Under the pieces are notes generated by a model. That model made no database searches and was not told the DNA's origin. It was given only the letters and a program-made list of their open reading frames with translations. The position numbers and the translations under genes were made by a program. 64,000 nt of DNA from Marsupella aquatica (taxonomy: Eukaryota > Plantae > Marchantiophyta): positions 12,221,929 to 12,285,928 of the forward strand of contig OZ316895.1 in the NCBI GenBank assembly GCA_973895155.1, written 5' to 3'. This document shows positions 59,141-64,000 of the stretch, piece after piece. Numbering within the stretch: the first letter of the stretch is position 1; every line of letters begins with the position of its first letter.

Positions 59141-60968
59141 ACAACCATTCGGTTGGCTAAACCACCTCTGGAGGTGGTCTAAAAGTCTGATCCAAAAGAC
59201 ATCCTAGTTTTAGCTGAATTATGATCAAGCTCTTCTGACATTGATTGTAGTCTCTCCTTAGCCGTTGATTTCTTCTGGTATTTTGGCTTGGGTGTCCTGT
59301 GAATAGCTATGGGAAAATGGTAGCTGGCCTTTCTTGTAAAGTTCAAGACAAAAAGAGATGTACCACAGAACTATAACGAGATCATTGTTTATAGCGTGCT
59401 CAAAATTGAGCAATCCATCAGATTCCACTAACAGTGGACACTAGTGCACCTTAGCACAGGCTTGCCTCTTTAGAGTACATCCAAAATTCACTTGCAGGCA
59501 TAATTCCGACCATTACCTAACCAGTCACACTGTACATGGGTCTATTTCCACATGTCATTTGCTTAGTGTAGACCTCAATTGCATTTGCCCTCTTCTTTTG
59601 TTTTTGGTCTATTTTCCAGGTGTCATTTGCTTAGTTTAAAATGTTTCATTTGTTTAGTTTAGAATTCAATTGCATTTGCCCTCATCTTTTGTGTTTTGTG
59701 CTCAATGTGGATTTCAATTGCATTTGCCTTCTTCTTTCTTTGGTGTTGGCCCTCTTTGGACCTCTGTTTCTTTCCTTTCATTGTCTTTTTGTTTTTTCCC
59801 TAATTTATAAATTATGGTGGAAGTTGTTTCTTTTTGTGTTTTGTCCTCTCTTGACCTTACCAAGAAATTGGCCCACTGTACCCCATTTAGGATATCAGTA
59901 CCCGTTTAGCGTTCGATAAGGTGGGTGGGTGGATTGCCACGTTCGTTACTAAAAGAGAATTGTGCTGTGGAACTTACTGTGTAACTCACGAATCTATCTA
60001 GTCAGTCAGATCGACGATGCTGATGACTCAGCAGAGTACAGTCCATAAGAGGACGAGGGAACGTATCCTAAAATGAAGCCAAGTGGTCAGATCTCCCAAC
60101 ACGACAAGACGATTGAGGACTGAAGAGGCAACACGTGGTCTCCAACCGTACCGAAATGTCGAGTCTCGAGGCGACTGTCATCGCAAATCCGTTCATATAG
60201 TTTTGCTCCGCGGCATTCTCTTCTACGCCTCCACTCTCTCTGATTTGAGACATCTCGTTCTTCAATCCTCCTGTTTCACGAGAGGAGCAGCACTAGTTGT
60301 TGGCACCAGCTTTTGATTTGTTCCGTCTTCTTTGTTCTTCAATTTTCACAGAGGTTCTTTCTTGCTGTTCAATTGTCTCGAGTCTCAAGTCTCGAGAAAG
60401 CAGCTCCTGTGTGCCATCTCTGATTCGTTCGAGTTTGTTCGCCAATTTTGGACAATCATTGTTCTTTGCGACTCCTGCATCACTGCCGTGAGCGAGCAGC
60501 TCTCTGTTACACCGAGTCTCATCGTTTGGGAATCGCTCACAGCGGCAAATCAGGTCTTGCCTCAATCTTCCCCTACGTAGTGGACTCGTGATTTGGTCTG
60601 TTGTGGAGCGAAGGATGTCATGCATAGGAGATTTCGATTGAGGGAGAGGTAGTTGTGTGGATACGTAGATAGCGCTGTTTTCAGCAGGACGTCGGAGCTC
60701 CTGGATCGTCCATTCGAAGCAAATTGTCTGCGTTGTCGTAGTGAGGGTTAGAACTTTCTGCATCGAGTACTTTCCTGATGGCTTACACTCGATGTTCCTA
60801 TCTGGTTCCTTTAACACTATTTTTCGATTGTATGAAGATTTGGGCGCTCGGTAATTGACCCGGCTGTGGGAGGTTAGGGGCTCTGTGTCACTGAATGTGT
60901 TTTCGGGAATTTCATAGCTAACTTTCGTATTCATTGATCTGCAGATTTGTGAGGTAGCGATTGTCAAA

Positions 60969-62634
60969 ATGTTGGCTGTTTTCCACCCTACGGTTGCGTC
61001 TCCTCCCGAGGAAATCACTGTCCCGGAACATGAACTGTCTGATCAAACTGACAGAGCGGGCATAGTGAATGCGTACAAGAAGGCGCATCCTACTGCCATT
61101 ACAGTGGAGTTTGGGAAGAGATGTGCCATGGCGTACTCTCACGATCAGCAAGAGCTTCTGAGGCCGAGGTGCGTCATAGTCCATTCTGTTACTCGTTCTT
61201 GATAACATATCGAGGGAAAGCAAGATGAACTTGCTCCAGAAATGTACTTTTCCACTTCTCTAGGACCCAGGGTAATCAGTTTTGGAGAAGGCGATTATGA
61301 CATCCTATGACTGTCATCCCTACAGCCGCGAATTACACCAGTTGGGTGTGTACAGTGCCACACATTACGGGTCTACTTCATTTTTCTAGATTGTTGGGTT
61401 GTAAGTACAACCTAGTGGCACTCTCGGTTGATTTCACTCGGCCAGCCTGGTCTTCGCTGGTTGCCGTCGTTAGGATCATCCCTTTGCATGCATCGGCTGG
61501 TATTCGGCAGGATCTAGGCTATTCTTCTTTTGGATTGAAGTTTGTCCAGCATTGTTCTGGTCCTTTCTTTTACTCTCGATTGACTTTTGAGAGATGAAGG
61601 AATCGATATACTCACCTTTAACCGACTTTCTTTGGTGCTTTTTCTATTCGGACAGATATCTTGCCGTTGTGGACGAGATCTTCTGTATGTTCGTGGGCAC
61701 GCTTGAGAATCTTACAATGCTGAAACAGCAATATGGAATTACGAAGCAAGTTACCGAAGTTACGCTCATCATCGAAATCTACAGGGCGTTGAGGGATCGG
61801 TCACCATACCCAACGGACCATGTTTTGCGAGGACTCAGTGGCGCTTTCTCGTTTGTTCTGTTCGATCACACAACGGAGTCGATCTTCGTCGGTGTGGTAA
61901 GTTCAGCTCATGATTGACGCTTGTCCCAATAGATTGATTGTCGTGGATCTGTCTTTGTAGAGGTTTGTTTATTGCCAATAGCACATGTGACATTCAGATC
62001 TTCTACGGGGCTTGTTCTCGCGTATGTTTCTCGTCGCCAGTGGTTTGAAATCGAGTCACACGAACCATTCTTCCTCGATCTAGTAAAATCTTTTCAGCAA
62101 GACTGATGAAACTTGTATTGTTTTGAATACACAGGATTCCATGGGCAAAGTTCCATTCTTCTGGGGCACAGGAACTGATGGTGCCCTGGCATTTTCGGAC
62201 GATCCGACAACCTTGAAAGGAACTACTGGCAAGACGTTCTCACCATTTCCTCTAGGTATGTTGCCACCTTCCAACCGTAGTGGTCGTGCTCGTTCAATAA
62301 CGTCCCGCACTTGTTTGCACATGTTGGCGTGGTTGCTGGAATTTCTTCCTTAGCTTTTGATTTCGGAAGTACCATTCTCAGTTCCGGCTTTTCTCATTTC
62401 GGATGTATCTATATGTTAGACTAATTGTTGCTCTCTGTTTGCGAAGGCTGTTACTTCTCCAGCTCCGAAGGTCTTGTTAGTTACGAACATCCGCTTCAGC
62501 CTGTGACAGCAGTGCCTCGTATAGACAGTCAAGGGCAAGTTTGTGGAGCAACTTTCAAGGTAGAACCCATCAAGCCGGAGACGATACATGCGGACTCTTT
62601 CCCAAGAGTGGGAAGTGAAACCTGGGGAAAATAG
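60969..62634 (+). CDS. Stem-specific protein TSJT1 / Wali7 / AILP1 family (DUF3700, Ntn-hydrolase-like), 249 aa, 4 exons
   Basis: Exons 60969-61168, 61656-61896, 62135-62255, 62447-62634 (750 nt). Motifs MLAVFHPTVASPPEE, DEIFCMFVGTLENL..LKQQYG, IEIYRALRDRSPYP, GKVPFFWG..DGALAFSDD and SYEHPLQPVTAVPRIDSQGQVCGATFKV. Confidence 0.93.
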
Positions 62635-62914
62635 ATGATTAGAAATTCCATCACCGGTGGACGACCGATATGGACTCGGGGACTGCGTAGTATATATGAC
62701 AGTGAACCCAATGTAGCTAAACGCGTGAAAATCGAGATTGCAAAACACAATGTCCATTGTGAGCTGTTACAAATCCGAACTCTAGGATAGCATTCCACTT
62801 TTCCTTGTACAAATACCGAAGATGCAAGGACGAGCACACACAAAATTAAGTTGCTTGTGCAAATGTAAAGATGATGACAGCCGGTGACACACATGGCAGT
62901 TTTGTTAGTGAAAC

Positions 62915-62971
62915 AGGGTGCAATTTGCATCAAAGGGTACAATTTGCATCAAAGGGTACAATTTGCATCAA
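62915..62971. repeat. 19-bp minisatellite x3
   Basis: AGGGT(A/G)CAATTTGCATCAA x3. Confidence 0.88.
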
Positions 62972-63394
62972 AAAGTTCTCCTCTCACCGACAGTGAAGTC
63001 TTCTACCCCCTCGACAGTATTATCCTCTCAAAAAGAAATGGATAAGATTTTCCCGAGTGCGTTTGCGATAGTGAGAGAAGCACTAGAGAAAACAGCGGAA
63101 CTTCCCATCAATTGTTGGGGAAGGACAATCGATTCAGCCGTTAGAGCTGGCTCTTTGTGCTGGATCTCAATTGTACATAATAAAATCGAGCATGGCATTT
63201 TCAGTACCACCAAGAGTCAGAAGTATTGTTCAAGATGGACAGTCGAGGAAATTGTCGTCGACAGAATGATAGTACCGTAATCATTACTTTGAGACGTGAT
63301 TTTCAATCCTTGGCTTTGTTGATGCTCGTCCATCCCAAAGTTCTGTCCCTTGACAGTTGTCTGCTCTACTGACAATTCCAAATTACATTCAATT

Positions 63395-63856
63395 CCTTCA
63401 CACCCATCACCGTCTTCTCAACGTGATGCGAAACAGCCAAACAGGACTGCAGGACTTTTCTCTGGATTTAAAATGGAGGATTCCTTCATTCATTCACATC
63501 CATCACCGTCTTCTCAACCTGATGCGAAACAGGACTGCAGGACTTTTCTCTGGATTTAAAATGGAGGATTCATTCATCCACATCCATCAATATATTTTAT
63601 TCGTGATGTGCCAACAGTGTGACCAGTACACTTCAATTATGAGTTTATTAGTACTGTACTCGGAGAAACAAGCGATAGTTTAAAGAATCAACTTATGGGG
63701 AACTTTTCTCTGGATTTAAAATGGAGGGTTCATTCATTCACATCCATCAATATCTTTTATTTGTGATGCCAACAGTGGGACCGGTACACTTCAATTATGA
63801 ATATATTAGTACTGTACTCGGAGAAACAAGCGATAGTTTAAAAAATCAACTTATGC
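63395..63856. repeat. Nested tandem duplications (about 89-bp and about 162-bp periods)
   Basis: ACTTTTCTCTGGATTTAAAATGGAGG at about 63454, 63542 and 63703. GTACTGTACTCGGAGAAACAAGCGATAGTTTAAA occurs twice. Confidence 0.85.
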
Positions 63857-64000
63857 GGGTGTACTGCGTGTGGGGTGAGCAAAAGAGCCAAAACATTTCT
63901 TCTGATGGGAAGATTCCCTCCCATAAACTATGAGAACGGGAAGTTGATAATTGCAAACTCTGTACATTCCACTTGGAAAGCATATGAATAGCGTGAGGTA

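Noticed and set aside
60293-61018. 241-aa minus-strand ORF
   Set aside because: Antisense to the pyrimidine-rich leader/intron of the TSJT1-like gene, with no domain.

Overview
Eukaryotic (land-plant) genomic DNA with spliceosomal introns. A bryophyte/liverwort origin is my impression from gene style only. Genes rebuilt by hand, with splice phases and total lengths checked to be in frame: trihelix (ASIL/SIP1-like) transcription factor (+), large AT-hook + WD40 protein resembling WDR76/Cmr1 (+), FRA10AC1 homologue (-, 11 exons), NAD-dependent isocitrate dehydrogenase regulatory subunit (+), GPI-anchored arabinogalactan peptide (-), PIG-A/SETH2 (+), PAM16 (+) and a TSJT1/Wali7 (DUF3700) gene (+). 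Mobile DNA: a very young full-length Ty1/copia element (21134-27592, 403-bp LTRs with 2 visible differences, TSD GTAGT) inserted in or beside a decayed non-LTR retroelement with a restriction-like endonuclease, a related solo LTR with TSD, a foldback element, and many tandem duplications. The most notable observation is that the copia gag and pol lie in the same frame, separated by one UGA at the Gag/protease boundary and followed by two predicted stem-loops. This suggests programmed stop-codon readthrough, which is unusual for a plant Tnt1-like copia. No database searches were possible, so family calls rest on motif recognition.
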